64,000 nucleotides of DNA from Chiloscyllium plagiosum (GCF_004010195.1 NC_057753.1:4748887-4812886); one strand, 5' to 3'. Positions 12,635-26,019 are shown, numbered from the stretch's first letter. Translations and numbers: made by a program. Notes: a model not told the origin generated them from the sequence alone.

Positions 12635-12690
12635 TGACTGTGCAAAGGGATTTACTCAGTATCTTGACACACCCGCAAGTTACATGTGAC
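12635..12690 (+). pseudogene. Isolated terminal zinc-finger remnant
   Basis: TGTGCAAAGGGATTTACTCAG...CACACCCGCAAGTTACA resembles CGKGFTQ...THQRVH. Confidence 0.4.
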
Positions 12691-12699
12691 TATCTGTTG

Positions 12700-13260
12700 T
12701 CCTGGCAACCGTCGAAATCTGAACCAAACAGTTCATCACTTCAATGTTGATTTCATTCTGAGCCGGCTTTCTGAACCATATCTGCTCCAAGACCCAGGCT
12801 GCCTACATCCACCTCTCTGACATCTCCAGTCAGGCTATTTGTTGCTGATATCTCATTCGTGCTTTTTGTCCCTCTCGATCCGACTATTCAGACATTCTCT
12901 GTGCTCCCTGTCATATTGGACTCACTATAGATCCAGGGCAGTGGTGCCTGCCTTCCTATTTACTGTTAGTCCCATTCATTACTATGACTGACCTACATTG
13001 GTCCCAGGTCTGGCAGATCAGTTTTACAATTCAAAGACTTAGTTTTCAAGCTCCCCCAAGGCCTATCTCCTCCCGATCTCTGTGACAACATCAAGTTCAA
13101 TGTCCCTCCGGGATCGTTTTGCTCCACTTTTAGATTCTTGCATTACCCTGGCTTTTCACAGTGCGCCAGTGTTGCCTGGATGCTAATTCTCTCTCTCACC
13201 ACCTCCACCTTTGTCTCCTTTCAAAGGTTTCTGTAAACCTGCCTCTTCAACTCAGTGTCT
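12700..13260 (+). mobile_element. Old L2-type LINE remnant
   Basis: L2-like 3' ORF2 pattern (CTCATTCGTGCTTTTGTCCCTCTC...CTACATTGGTCCC). Confidence 0.5.
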
Positions 13261-13769
13261 AGTCCCTTGCTTTTCTTTATTCATTCGTGGGATGCAGGTA
13301 TCGCTGTCTAGACCAGCATTTATTGCCCATAACCAATTGACTTTGCGAAGGTGATGTTGAGTGTCTTCTTGATATCCTCCAGTGCTTGCAGGGTGTAGGT
13401 ACACCCACAGTCTCGCTTCGAAGACAGTCATGGGGCTGTTTGTCATTGTTGTTGCCCGTGTCTAGGTCAATGCTGGATGATTCATCTGGTTTAATAATGG
13501 TTTAACAATTCGTTGTGCCACTGACAGCTGGGGGAACTTGATAAGATTGCATTTGATATGTGCTCTGGGCTGTTTCATCTCCACTTGTTACTTACAGGGA
13601 AGGTGGCATTATGGTAATGTTAACTGATCAGTAGTCCAGAAACACATGCTCACGCTGGGGACAGATGGTTGAATCTCACCATGGCAGATGGTGAAACTTG
13701 AATTCCGTGAAAAGTGGAATAAAGCAACTGTACAACTACTGTTGACGGTTGTAAAAACTCTTCTGAACA

Positions 13770-14180
13770 AAGAACAGTACAGCTTAGGAACAGTCGCCTT
13801 AGCCTTTCAAGTCTGTTCCAACACATGAAACCTCTGTAAACTGAAAACCTTTTGCCTCTACGCGATCTGTACCCCTCTCTTCATGCATCTAACAAGATGC
13901 CTCTTAAACGTTGCTATTGTATATGCTTCTACCATCTCCTCTAGCAGCATATTCCAGGCACTTAACCACCCTCTAAGTAAACAAAAAAGCCTCGCATCTC
14001 CTTTAAAGACCTTTCCCTTTTTACCTTAAACCTACATCCCTCGTGATTGACATTTCCATCCGGGGAGGGGGGGGGGGAAAAGAAAAATCAAGACTGTCCA
14101 TTTCAGTCATACGTTGTAAGCCTTTATCAGGTCACCCCTCAGCGTCCAACAGTGAAAACAAACCAATTTTCGTTCAAATA
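13770..14180 (-). mobile_element. CR1 3' fragment
   Basis: Antisense CR1 tail (CCTCTTAAACGTTGCTATTGTATATGCTTCTACCA). Confidence 0.65.
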
Positions 14181-14409
14181 TCTTTGAAGGAGGCTATAAG
14201 CTATAACCTGACCTGGTCTGGTCTAAATGTGACTCCAGACCCAGAACAATGTGTTTGACTCTTAACTTTCTGATGAGGCAATCCAATTGGTAGCATCCCA
14301 ATCCCATGAATGAATTAAAAAATATCAAATGGTTTTGTTCATTCAGAATACTGGTATTAGCGCATAAGTGGTCCACACACAGATTGTGTTACTGTTCTGC
14401 TGTTCTATA

Positions 14410-14642
14410 GTCAGGTGAATTGGCCATTCTAAATTGTCCATAATGTTAGGTGCATTAGTCAGAGGGAAATGGGTCTGGGTGGGTTACTCTTCGGTGTGGA
14501 CTGGTTGGGCCGAAGGGCTTGTTTCCACACTGTAGGGAATCTAATCTGGGCGGCACTGTGGCACAGTGGTTAGCACTGCTGCCTCACAGCGCCTGAGACC
14601 CGGGTTCAATTCCCGCCTCAGGCAACTGACTGTATGGAGTTT
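14410..14642 (+). mobile_element. Two adjacent HE1-like V-SINE fragments
   Basis: 3' half ending GTTTCCACACTGTAGGGAATCTAATCT, followed by tRNA-like head GGGCGGCAC...GGTTCAATTCCC. Confidence 0.85.
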
Positions 14643-15265
14643 AAAATAAGGTTCTAAAAGTATATAAAAGCGAAGAGAGTAGCTCAAGGGAATGTTGACC
14701 CCTTGATGAATGGGACTTGAGGGTTAATCGTGGGTGCAGAAAAAGCAAAGTCACTCAAAGTTCTCCTGCAGATTGAGGGTATCCAAAACTGGTGAGAAAC
14801 CACTTTTCCACAAACCTGGAGCAGATGTTGGAGAAGACTGGATGAGAGAGAGATCGTCAGAGGAAGGTATCATAAAGAATCAAAACAGTATTTAACAGAA
14901 AGCCTATTTATTTGATTTTATCCCACACATATAACCGAACTGGTATTTATAAACATCATCAGAAACAGACCCCAGAAAACATGGTAAAAAGCTGAGTGTC
15001 AACAGCATCAAAATCCAATGACTTAGCTACAGGTTGATGTTTCATCAGTCCCGATGACTCAAAACGGTTTTTCACACACTATGCAATCTCTACCAAGTTG
15101 CAAGTTGGAATAATGTCCTCAATCTCATCCTACAGATCCACAAATGTGTTAGAATTTTAAACAACAGTATTAACATCGACAAGAGGGCTGGGGTTATTAA
15201 CAGCACAAGTGGAACCTGGTGACCATGGTTCATGGATGTGACTCGGCAAAATCCCTGGATTGCAG

Positions 15266-15883
15266 TTACTTGTGAACTCGCTGGTGCCTCAGCATGTGGG
15301 ATGACTGAGTGAATCCCTTCCCACATTCTGAGCACGTGAATGGCCTCTCCCCAGTGTGAACCCGCTGGTGTGTCAGCAGGTCGGACGACTGAGTGAATCC
15401 CTTCCCACAGTCAGAGCAGGTGAACGGTCTCTCTCCAGCGTTTACTCGCTGGTGTCTCAGCAGATGCGATGACCGAGTGAATCCCTTCCCGCACTGCAGG
15501 CAGGCAAACGGCCTCTCCCCTGTGTGAATTCGCTGGTGTGTCAGCAGATTAGATGACCGAGTGAATCCCTTCCCACACTGTGGGCAGGTGAACGGCTTCT
15601 GCCCGGTGTGAACGCGCTGATGTGACAGCAGGTTGGAATAATGAGCAAAGCCTTTTCCACACTCTGAGCACATGAACGGCCTCTCGCCAGTGTGACAGCG
15701 TAGATGAATTTCCAGTTTGGATGGGTAAGTGAATCCCTTCCCACACTCCCCACATTTCCACGGTTTCTCCCCAGTGTGACTGCACTGGTGCTTTGACAAG
15801 TCAGATGAGCGACCGAAGACTTGTCCACATGCAGAACAAGTGTACAGTTTCTCCCTAGTGTGAACAGAACTTTTCCCTTCCAT
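15266..15883 (-). CDS. ZNF-3: C2H2 zinc-finger protein, 7 fingers (finger 5 has His to Asn)
   Basis: ORF 15266-15889 with ATG at 15883; acceptor TTTTACAG before 15985; predicted 9.8-kb intron to the exon at 25779-25884. Confidence 0.92.
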   Translation of the reverse strand: MEGKSSVHTREKLYTCSACGQVFGRSSDLSKHQCSHTGEKPWKCGECGKGFTYPSKLEIHLRCHTGERPFMCSECGKGFAHYSNLLSHQRVHTGQKPFTCPQCGKGFTRSSNLLTHQRIHTGERPFACLQCGKGFTRSSHLLRHQRVNAGERPFTCSDCGKGFTQSSDLLTHQRVHTGERPFTCSECGKGFTQSSHMLRHQRVHK

Positions 15884-16339
15884 TTTCAAAATCCGCTGAT
15901 AAGTGGGTTATGAGAAATCAAGCGAATCTGTCAGATCTGGAAGTGATGCTCAGTTTGGAGTTTCCTGACTGCAAATCCTCCCCTTCTGTAAAACTGATTT
16001 TAAACATAAGGAGAAACAAAAAAAAGTGAACTCAGAAAAGAACAGGCAGGTTGTGACAGAGATAAACGAATCAAGTACTGCCTGGAGCTGATACTTGGAC
16101 AGTAAAGTGACAATTAAAGCTCACATCTTAAAATTTCAACCTGGTTCACTAGTCTCCTTCAGGGAAGGGAAACAGTTCGACTTGGTACAAGACTTCACAA
16201 GGCGACAGAGGTGGGAAGAGGCAGAGAGAAGAATTTAACACATCCCCGACTGTAACAGAACCTTGCTCATTCACACACCATTACGATGCTCATTGAGGTG
16301 CACAGTTTTGTAAATCCAACACCACCCAACTCAGAGTGA

Positions 16340-16980
16340 CATGGGCTTGTTCATCCAAAAAATCACTCTGCACACTGAGTTGCAAAGTTAACCAGCACCT
16401 CAGTTTAAAAATGCTCATCCACAATTCCAAATCATTCCATGCCCTTGCCCCTCAACTCCTGGAAGCCAACATCTGGGCTCTCCTAATTCTGACCAGAGGC
16501 CCTGATTTTAATTATCTTATTACCTTGGACCCTGCCTTGGCTGTAAGTGCTGTAATTCCCTGCCTGGACTCTTGTCATCTTTTAAGATGTGCCTTAGAAT
16601 CTAACTCTTTGGCTGTACAGTTGATCATCAGCTCAACGTGAAAGTGCGCAATGTATTGGGAGGCGATGGCCTTTGGTGGTATTAAATCGCCAGACCCAGA
16701 CTCCACAGAGTCAGGTAATGTTCTGGGGACCCAGGATTGAACCCCACAATGGCAGATGGTGGAATCTGAATTTATTTTAAAAATAAATTGGGAATGAGGA
16801 GGATTATGATGACCATGAAACTGGGGATAATTGTCAGGGGGAAATATAACATCCACCTTAACAAATATTCTTTAGGGAAGGAAGCTACTCTCAAGCTGCA
16901 CAACTTAACTGCTCTCTGGGCAATTAAATATGGACAATAAATGCTGGCCTGGCCAGAGATGCTCACAATCAATCAGTGAT
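16340..16980 (+). mobile_element. L2 remnant followed by a SacSINE1-like SINE
   Basis: L2-like 16340-16640; SINE 16660-16980 ending GGACAATAAATGCTGGCCTGGCCAG. Confidence 0.55.
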
Positions 16981-17076
16981 TTTTTAAAAAAATGCCAAAG
17001 AAATGCCTCAGATTCTTGTATTATATTCAGGACAGGAGAAAAGTACATTTTATCATTGATGAAGGTATGGCAGCCT

Positions 17077-17372
17077 TGGGCGGCATGGTGGCTCAGTGGT
17101 TAGCACTGCTGCCTCACAACGCCAGGGTCCCAGGTTCAATTCCTGCCTTGGGGTGACTGTCTGTATGGAGTTTGCACATTCTTCTCATGTCTGAGTGGGG
17201 TTCCTCCCACAGTCCAAAGATGTGCAGGTCAGGTGAATTGGCTATGCTAAATAGTGTTAGGTGCATTAGCCAGGGAAAAATATGGGGAATGGGTCTGGGT
17301 GGGTTACTCTTCGGAGGGTCGGTGTGGACCTGTTGGGCCGAAGGGCCTGTTTCCACACTGTAGAGTATCTAA
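17077..17372 (+). mobile_element. HE1-like V-SINE
   Basis: tRNA A/B boxes, V-domain TGGAGTTTGCACATT, LINE-like tail. Confidence 0.9.
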
Positions 17373-17544
17373 TCTTTCCAAATCAGCATCACATCATCCA
17401 ACAGAATTGTGGAAGCCCCTACACCAGACAGTGTGCAGTGTTTCAGACAGCTGCCCTCTGATTAGCCCCATCCAAATCACAAGAACGAAGGTCAATAATC
17501 CACACATGAAAAAATATTTGAAAATCTGTATGTCATTTCATAGA

Positions 17545-19140
17545 TCATAGAATCCCTACAGTGAGGAAGCAGGCCATTCAGCCCATCTAATCCACACCAA
17601 CCCTTCAAAGAGCATCCTACAAAGACCGGCTCCCTGATCACTTTAACCCTCCATTTTCCCAGGCTAATCCATCCAGTTTGCACATCCCTGGACACTATGG
17701 GCAATTTAGCATGGCCAATCCACCTAACCTGCATCTTTGGACTGTGGGAGGTAACCCACACAGACACGAGAACGTGCAAACTTTAGAATCCTAAACTCCT
17801 TTAATGATCTGACATTGGGCCAGAGTAACTCAAAACTCCTCATGCAAATAGCCAGCTGCTTCTCCTCCACCTCAAACCAAAATATCAAGACTATCCACAC
17901 AATGGATCAGGAACTGCCCTTGTCATCCTATACCCATCCAGATTCAAACTTGCCTCTTAATGAATCCGCCTGTATGCCCAGATTCGATTCTATTAAACAA
18001 TAAAACTCGTCAAAGGAAGTAGAAGAAACAAAAAGGATAACACACTGGAAACATTCATCAGGCCCTGCAACTCTCATGGGATGAGGAATGCAGTTAAGGG
18101 TCAGGTCACTGACCTGCCATCAGCCTGCAATAAAACACTGGGCAAAGACTGAAACAGAAAGTGCTGAGATACTCGTCAGGTTTGGGAGAATCTATGAGGG
18201 GGAAAGAGTGTTAGCATAGAGTCAGAGATGTACAGCATGGAATCCTTCGGTCCAACCCATCCATGCTGACCAGATATCCCAACCCAATCTAGTCCCTGCA
18301 CCTGGTCCATAGCCCGCTAAACCCTTCCTATTCATAGACCCTTCATCAGAACTTTCTCTCCACATATGCTAAACTTATTCAGCATGTGGTTTTTGTTTCA
18401 GATTATTTTTTTTAAAAAGCTGCTGAATAATATAGAATTCTGACAGTGCACAAAACAGGCCATTCGGCCCAAACAGTCTACACTGACCAGCCGGACAGCA
18501 TCACCTCATCCTTCATGGAGTTTTTAAAACCATGGCTAACACACCTAATCTGCGCCACACTGGTCACGACCGGGTACTTTGTTTCTTTAAAATGAAAGAC
18601 TAGGGCCCATCCACCTAACCTACACATCTTTGGACTGTGAGAGGAAACCCATGCAGACACAGGGAGAATGTGCAAACTCCACACGGTCACCCAAGGATGA
18701 AGTCAAATCCTGGTCCCCGAAGCTGTGAGGCAGCAGTCTGGCAGCATCTGTGGGAAGAAAGCAGAGTTCATGTTTCAAGTCCAGTGACTCTTCATCAGAA
18801 CTTTTATTCGAAACTTGGCTTAACTGTATGGTAGAATCATAGAATCCCCGCAGTGTGGGAGCAGAGTCCACACCGACCCCCTGACGACCATCCCACCCCT
18901 CTAACCCTGCAATTCCCATGGCTAATCCACTTAGCCCGCCCATCCCTGGATGCAGTGGGCAATTTAGCTTGGCTAATCCATCTAACCTGCATGTCGTTGG
19001 ACTAAGAGAGGAAACCGGGACACCCGGGGGAAACCCACACAGATACTGGGAGGACATGCACACAGCCACCCGAGGGTGGAATCGAAGTCTGATCCCCTGT
19101 TGTCAGGCAGCAGTGGAAACCACTAAGCCATGCCACCCTG
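17545..19140 (-). mobile_element. Group of antisense V-SINEs (17545-17782, 18440-18735, 18835-19140), a CR1 tail (18215-18335) and PLE bits
   Basis: TTTGGACTGTGGGAGG and GCAAACTCCACAC motifs; degenerate hammerhead at 18765-18802 (-). Confidence 0.75.
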
Positions 19141-19657
19141 GTATCAAACCTCCTTTCCACAGTCCCACTTCTCCAATCATATTCATGCACTGAGGTCAAC
19201 CTGACGGTTGGTCAGAGCTACTTGCAGATGACAACATTCAGCTGGGTATAGTCAAGAATATGGAAAACATTGCAAAACACAGGAAGATAAGAGTTTACAA
19301 AATGCTCACTGACATGACACCAGCGAAATGTTCAAGAGGAAAAGGCAGAGCAGAGGCTGCAATATCCCACCCCCGACTCATCTCCCCCAGTGCTGAGCAC
19401 TTCACAGAGTAATTTTCCAGCTCACAGCTTCCTGACCCTTAACTCAGACCTGCCAAGTAATAGGACACAATGAGAGACACTGTGCTGTACCCATTCCCTG
19501 ATTCAATCATGTGTCGTTATCCCTCCGCTCACTCCCCAAGCGATTCCCATCCTCGCTGATCTGTCTCCCTGTTTAACTGGGTCATTCCTCTCCATTCCCC
19601 TGACAGTGATCCTCACACACGGACGTTGAACATCATCCCCTGCATCTGAAATGTAAA

Positions 19658-19888
19658 CGGGAAGAAGAAAGTGAGGTCTGCAGATGCTGGAGATCAGAGC
19701 TGAAAATGTGTTGCTGGAAAAGCGCAGCAGGTCAGGCAGCATCCAGGGAACAGGAGAATCGACGTTTCGGGCATAAGCCCTTCTTCAGGAATCCTGAAGA
19801 AGGGCTTATGCCCGAAACGTCGATTCTCCTGTTCCCTGGATGCTGCCTGACCTGCTGCACTTTTCCAGCAACACATTTTCAGCTCTGA
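19658..19888. mobile_element. Palindromic PLE-derived element: 97-bp arms, 1-nt spacer, two hammerheads, 13-bp TSD
   Basis: 19694-19790 is the reverse complement of 19792-19888 with 1 mismatch; TCTGAAATGTAAA at 19645-19657 and 19884-19896. Confidence 0.9.
19788..19827 (+). ncRNA. Hammerhead ribozyme motif with a 6-bp helix I
   Basis: GGAAUC-CUGAAGA-A-GGGC UUAU GCCC-GAAACGUC^GAUUCU; mirror copy on the minus strand at 19761-19788. Confidence 0.8.
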
Positions 19889-20120
19889 AATGTAAATGTC
19901 AAGCATCGAGTGTCATGTGGCCAGGACTTCCATTTTTAAACAAAATTCCATTGACAGGATGCCGGCATCATTGGCGAGGCCAACGCTCCGCTTTTCCAGC
20001 AACACATTTTCAGCTCTGAAATGTAAATGTTAAGCATCGAGTGTCATGTGGCCAGGACTTCCATTTTTAAACAAAAATCCATTGACAGGATGCCGGCATC
20101 ATTGGCGAGGCCAACGCTCC
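19860..20120. repeat. 131-bp tandem duplication starting in the PLE end
   Basis: 19861 repeated at 19992, near-identical. Confidence 0.9.
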
Positions 20121-20835
20121 CTGTCCACCCTCAATTACCCAGAGGGCATAAGGTGTTAACCACATTGCTCTGTGCCTGGGGTCACACGTGAACCAGACCA
20201 GGTTAAGGATGGTAATTTTCATCCCTAAAGAACATTGGTAAACCAGGTGGGCTTTTCCGACAATCGACAACCGTTCCACGATCATCAGTAGACCCTTCAC
20301 TGTTATCCAATTCTACTATCTGCCATAATGGGATTCAAACCCAGGTCCCCGGAATATTCCGTGGGTCTCTTAATTCGTAGCGTCATAGAGATGTATAGCA
20401 TAAAAACAGTCCCTTCGGTCCAACCCGTCCATGCCGACCAGATATCCCAACCCAATCTAGTCCCACCTGCCAGCACCCAGCTCATATCCCTCCAAACCCT
20501 TCCTATTCATATACCCATCCAAATGCCTCTTAAATGATGCAATTGTACCAGCCTCCATCACTTCCTCTGGCAGCTCATTCCATACACGTACCACCCTCTG
20601 GGAGAAAAAGTTGCCCCTTAGGTCTCTTTTATATCTTGCCCATCTCACCCTAAACCTATGCCCCCTCATTCTGGACTCCCACACCCTAGGGAAAAGACTT
20701 TGCCTACTTATCCTATCCATGCCCCTACCATACAACCCTGCATTTCCCTTGGCTAATCCACCTAACCTGCACTTCATTCGACTGTGGGAGGAAACCCAGG
20801 CAAAATGTGTAAACTCCATACAGACAGTTGCCTGA
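20120..20835 (-). mobile_element. SacSINE1-like SINE, CR1 3' end (20383-20725) and V-SINE piece
   Basis: CR1 tail translates RGHRFRVR...WNELPEEV...RKGLEGY. Confidence 0.8.
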
Positions 20836-20879
20836 GGAAAGAAATCAAACTTGGGACTCTGGCAATATGAGACCAAAAA

Positions 20880-21600
20880 AAAAACTGCAGATGCTGGAAT
20901 CCAAAATAGACAAACAGGAGGCTGGAAGAACACAGCAAGCCACGCAGCTTCAGGAGGTGGAGAAGTCAATGTTACGGTTGTAACCCTTCTTCAGGACTGG
21001 GGGTGGGTGTGGCAGGAGCTGCAGATAAAGGAGGTGAAGGCGGCCGGGTGGTGAAGTGGAGATAAGTGAAGACAGGTAGAGGGTACAACCATTGGTCAAT
21101 GGGAGGAATGAATCCGGTTGGTGGCTGGGAGGAGTGGACAGAGGTTCACCTGCCTCTCTTCCAACCTAGTTTACTGCATCCGGTGCTCCTGATGTGGTCT
21201 TCTCTACATCGGGGAGACTGAACGTAAGCTCAGGAAATGCTCACCGAGCATCTCAGCCGAGCCCACAGGGGCCAACCGGACCTTCCAATCACCGCCCATT
21301 TTAATTTTCCTTCCACTCCTTTTCCAACATGTGGCCTCCTCCATTGCCACAACGAACCACAGCTCCTATTGGAGGAACACCACCTTATTTTCCGCCTGAG
21401 CACCCTACAGCCCAGAGGACTCAACGATGAGTTCTCCAATTTCAAATAACCTCCCTCCCTGTCCCCTGACTCCCTTCCCAGCCCCTCTCACTTCCTGCCA
21501 CCAACCGGATTCATTCCTCCCATTGACCAACCAGGTCATACCCACTGCCTGCCTTTGCTTATCCCCACTGCACCACCTTGCCCCAGCCACCCCGTTTATG
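20880..21600 (+). mobile_element. Penelope-like element with GIY-YIG endonuclease remnant and inverted 5' terminal segment
   Basis: 21144-21260 reads FTCLSSNLVYCIRCS*CGLLYIGETERKL..EHL; 20996-21140 is an inverted copy of 21480-21600; degenerate hammerhead at 20964-20998 (-). Confidence 0.85.
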
Positions 21601-21909
21601 ATTAGATTAGATTAGAGTGTGGAAACAGGCCCTTCGACCCAACAAGTCCACACCGACCCACCGAAGCGCAACCCACCCATACCCCTACATTTACCCCTTA
21701 CCTAACACTACGGGCAATTTAGCATGGCCAATTCACCTGACCTGCACATCTTTGGACTGTGGGAGGAAACCGGAGCACCCGGAGGAAACCCACGCAGACA
21801 CGGGGAGAACGTGCAAACTCCACACAGTCAGTCGCCAGAGGCGGGAATTGAACCCGGGTCTCTGGCGCTGTGAGGCAGCAGTGCCAACCACTGTGCCACC
21901 GTGCTGCCC
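21601..21909 (-). mobile_element. Full-length young HE1-like V-SINE
   Basis: Head GGGCAGCACGGTGGCACAGTGG, (ATTAG)n tail; highly similar to 27928-28241. Confidence 0.92.
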
Positions 21910-22264
21910 AGTTTCCACAGAAACTGTCCAATTTGCCGAGTGTCCCTAGCATGGCTGATCTGTGATTCTTTGTGCCTGGTCCCTTAACCCGAGTTGCAAA
22001 ATAATGATCAAAGTTAGGTTTAAACTTGACAGAGCCCACATACACTGCCATTGTGGAAAAGAGTTGCATTTTTTTTAAAAACCAACTCTACCTCAAGAAA
22101 TGTTTCCTCATTCACTCCTGAAAGCCCTGCCCCGCGTTTCTAGACTGTCTCTTTATCCTGGATTGTCCCAACAGTGGAAATAGTCCCTCTCTATTCACTC
22201 TACCAGTTCCTACTAATATCATGAAAACTTTAAACAATTTACCCACTATTCAAAAAAACAAAGA

Positions 22265-25075
22265 AAATGTACAGCCCAGGAACAGGCCCTTCGGCCCTCC
22301 AAGCCTGAGCCCATCCAAATGTACTGTCTAAACCTGTCGGTCAATTCCTAAGCATCTGCATCCCTCTGCTCCCCACCTAGTGGAATAGTATAAGTGGGAT
22401 GGGCTCCAGATTAGTATGACAGGGCGGCGCAACATCGAGGGCCAAAGGCCTGTATCTGCTGGAATGTTCTATGTTCTACGTACACATGCGTCTGTCCACA
22501 TGCATCTTAAATGAATCTACCGTGCCTGCCTCTACCACCTCTGCTGGCAATGCGTTCCAGACACCTACCACCCTGTGTGTGTGAAGTACTTTCCGCATGT
22601 ATCCCCCTTAAACATTCCACCTCTCAACTTGAAAGCGTGGCCTCTCGTTATTGAATCCTTCACCCTGGGAAAAAGCTTGTCTCTATCCAACCTGTCTATA
22701 CCCTTCATGATTTTTTTAAACCTCAATCTCCTTTTCTCAACCTCTCTTCATAGCTAGCACCTTCCATACCAGGCAACATCCTTGTAAACCTTCTCTGCAC
22801 CCTCTCCAAAGCGTCCACATCCTTTTGGTAATGTGGTGACCAGAACTGTACACAGTATTCTAAATGCGGCCGAACCAATGTCTTGTACAATTTTAACATT
22901 CATTTAAATTCCAGAAATGTTTCCATCCAATGAGGCCAAAAAACAAACAAACAGCAAGTGCTCAAAAGAAAACTCAGGCATGGCAGAATTTGTGAAATGG
23001 AAAACAGTTAACATTTTGAGTTGAATATCTCTCATCTTCAGAACACAGAGAGTTGATGCACTTTGAGAAGCAATGGAGAGAGGGATTACATGCTGAATTC
23101 CACCACCATTCATGGCTGCATGTGGCAGGATGATAGAGCTCAGATCTGATTGGTTGGTCTACCTGGAATGCACTCTATTGAACCAGGGTTGACCCCCCCC
23201 CCACCCCCCTTCCCCGGCTTGTTGGTAAAGGTTGAGTTGGGGATAAGCCAGGCCGTGAGGTTACAGATTGCGCTGGAGTAGAATTCTGCTGCTGTTGATG
23301 GCCCACCAGCGTCTCCTGTCTTGAATTGCTAGATCTGTTCAAAGTCTGTCCCACTTAGCACTGTGATAGTGTCACGCAACACGACGGAGGGTATTCTCTG
23401 ACTCTACAAGGACTGTGCCGTGGTCACTCTCACCAATACTATTGTGGACAGATGCATCTGCAACCATCAGATTGGTGACCTCATCTTTATATCAGAAGAT
23501 GACGGAGATTGTTCAAGGTCAGTCATCCCAGCTCCACAATATCTCTGCAGGAATTCCTTACGATAGTGTCCTAGACCCAACCACCTTCAGCTGTTTCATC
23601 AAAGACTTTCCCTACATCATAAGGTCAAAAGTGGGGATGTTCAGTGAAGATTGCACAATGTTCAGCACCATTTGTGACTCCTCAGATACTGAAGCAGTCC
23701 ATCGTCAAACGCAATAAGATCTGGACAACATCCGGGCATGGGCTGACAAGTGGCAAGTAATATTCACACCACACAAATGCCAGAAATGACAATCTCCAAT
23801 AACAGACACCTAATCACTGCACCTTAACATTCAATGGTGTTCCATTACTGAATTCTCCCACTGTCAACATCCTTGGGGTTACCATTGAACAGAGACTCAA
23901 ATAGACTTGTCACGTAAACAGTGACTACAAGAAAAGGCCAGTGGCTAGGAAAACAGTGGCAAATAACTCACCTCCTGACATCCCAAAGCCTACCTGCCAT
24001 TTATAAAGGCATAAGGATGATCAAATGATTCCCACTTGCCTGGATAGGTGCAGCTCCAACATCACAAGACGCTTGCCACCATCCAGGATAAAGCAACCCA
24101 TTTGAGTGGCACCACATCTGCTTGCTCCACCACCAACACTCAATACACACTGGCACTACTATCCACAAGCAGCACTGCAGAAATTCACCAAAGATCCTTA
24201 GAGAGCATTTTCCAAACCCATGGGTGCTTCAGTCTAGAGACTCAAGGGCAGCAGAAACATGGGACTGCCATCACCTGCAAGCTCGCCTCCAAGCCACTCA
24301 CCATCCTGACTTGGAACTATGATCACCATTCCTTCAATGTCGCTGGGTCAAAGTCATGGAGTTCCCTTTCCAAGGGCATTGTGTGTCAGCCCACAGCACG
24401 TGGACTGCAGTGGTTCAAGACGACAGGTCACCACCACCACCACCTTCTCAAGGGCAACTAGGGACAGGCAATAAAATGCTGGCCAGCTAGCCAGGTTCAC
24501 GTCTGACAAGTGCATTTAAAACTGAAGACATCAAGAGTGTGTGCAGAGACAGACAGACCTGGAGGATAATGCGCACTAATCTTTGAAAATGACAGAACAT
24601 GCCGAAAGAGCAATTAGTGAAACACATGGAATGTAAATAGAGGTAACAAAAATAAATGCAAGGAAAAGATTCTGACCTTTACAAAGCTCTGGCTAAGTCA
24701 TAAGTCACGTATTGCACCCAATTCTCATCGTGATATTTCATGAAGGATGCAAGGATTGTTCACAGGATGCAGAGGTGATTTACCACCATGGGTTATAGAC
24801 AGAAGAATTGTAGTTACAGGATTGGTTTGCAGAAAAGGCTATTTTTCTTGAAGGAAAAGACATCAGTGGAGTTTTGTTAGATCTGTACAAGACTATAGCC
24901 TAGATAAAGAAAAAGCCATAAATATTAGGTGACACAGACTTAAGGTTTTTGGGAATGAGGTAGACAGGCAAGTGTTTTTGTCAACTCGCTGCCTATGAGA
25001 ATGACAGAAGGAGAGATGATCATTCGTTAATAAAGGAAATAAACTTGCAAGGCTTCGGGAATAGAGCGAGAAATG
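22265..25075. mobile_element. Nested LINE fragments: CR1 (-) 22265-22900, inverted CR1/L2-type LINE 23100-24500, old CR1 (+) 24530-25075
   Basis: AGIPYDSVLDPTTFSCFI..FSEDC RT-like motif; tail GGCAATAAAATGCTGGCC. Confidence 0.7.
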
Positions 25076-25413
25076 AGACATGTGGGAGTCATTTTGAAGG
25101 GATGAATATCTTTTAGTTCACAGACCTGAAACGTTGACCCAGTTTCTGCTTCCACAGAAGAAGACTCCATTCCTGATGAAGGGCTTGTGTCTCAAAGGTC
25201 AATTCTCCTGCTCCTCGGATGCTGTCTGACAGGCTGTGCTTTTGGAGACATGTGGGAGTCATTTTGAAGGGATGAATATCTTTTAGTTCACAGACCTGAA
25301 ACGTTGACCCAGTTTCTGCTTCCACAGAAGCAGACTCCATTCCTGATGAAGGGCTTGTGTCTCAAAGGTCAATTCTCCTGCTCCACGATGCTGTCTGACA
25401 GGCTGTGCTTTTG
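25075..25413. repeat. 170-bp tandem duplication containing nested PLE fragments and degenerate hammerheads
   Basis: 25075 repeated at 25245; CTGATGAAGGGC at 25173 and 25343. Confidence 0.9.
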
Positions 25414-25778
25414 CAGCACCACACTCTTCGACCCGGATCTCCAGTTCTCTTTTTTTTCCCCCCCACAGAAGCTGTCTGACCTGCTCAGTGCCTCCAACAT
25501 GGCCAATCTGTGACCTGTTGCTCATCAATCCCTTATATTTAAACTTCAGACTAACCAACGAGTGTTTCTTCATTCACTCCTGAAAGCTCAGGCCACGAGG
25601 AGTCTTTTTCTTTATATATTTGCTGGACCCTTTCTAATAAATTTAACCAATGGAGGTGAGATGTCATTCATGCTCCCTGAGGCTATTTCTCCCTCCTCAG
25701 GGAACTGAACGCGCAACTACAGGGGTGGTCTCAGCAGGACTGTGAAAATCTGGAAGCATTTCTAGCCCCGAAACGTAC

Positions 25779-25884
25779 CTGAAATCTTTTGCAACAGACG
25801 GATGAGTTTCGTTCCCCAACGACTGATGATATTCAGGCTCAGGTGAAACAAATGACATTGTCAGATCGTTCTCATTTTATACGC
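25779..25884 (-). other. Predicted non-coding 5' UTR exon of ZNF-3
   Basis: Acceptor T-run-AAAACAG, donor AGATTTCAG|GTACGT; paralog of the ZNF-1 and ZNF-6 UTR exons. Confidence 0.6.
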
Positions 25885-26019
25885 CTGTTTTAAAAAAAAA
25901 CGGTGGTTACAAAGGAGAACAAAAAAAACTCTCAGAAAACACACAGACAACATTTCTCTTGGTTAGAGCTGATTGTGTGCAAGTCCCTCCCAGATGACCC
26001 ACTTTCAAAAGACAGCTGC

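Noticed and set aside
14547-14625. tRNA genes at SINE heads (also 17077, 21840, 44681 and others)
   Set aside because: They continue into the SINE body; tRNA-derived promoters rather than tRNAs.
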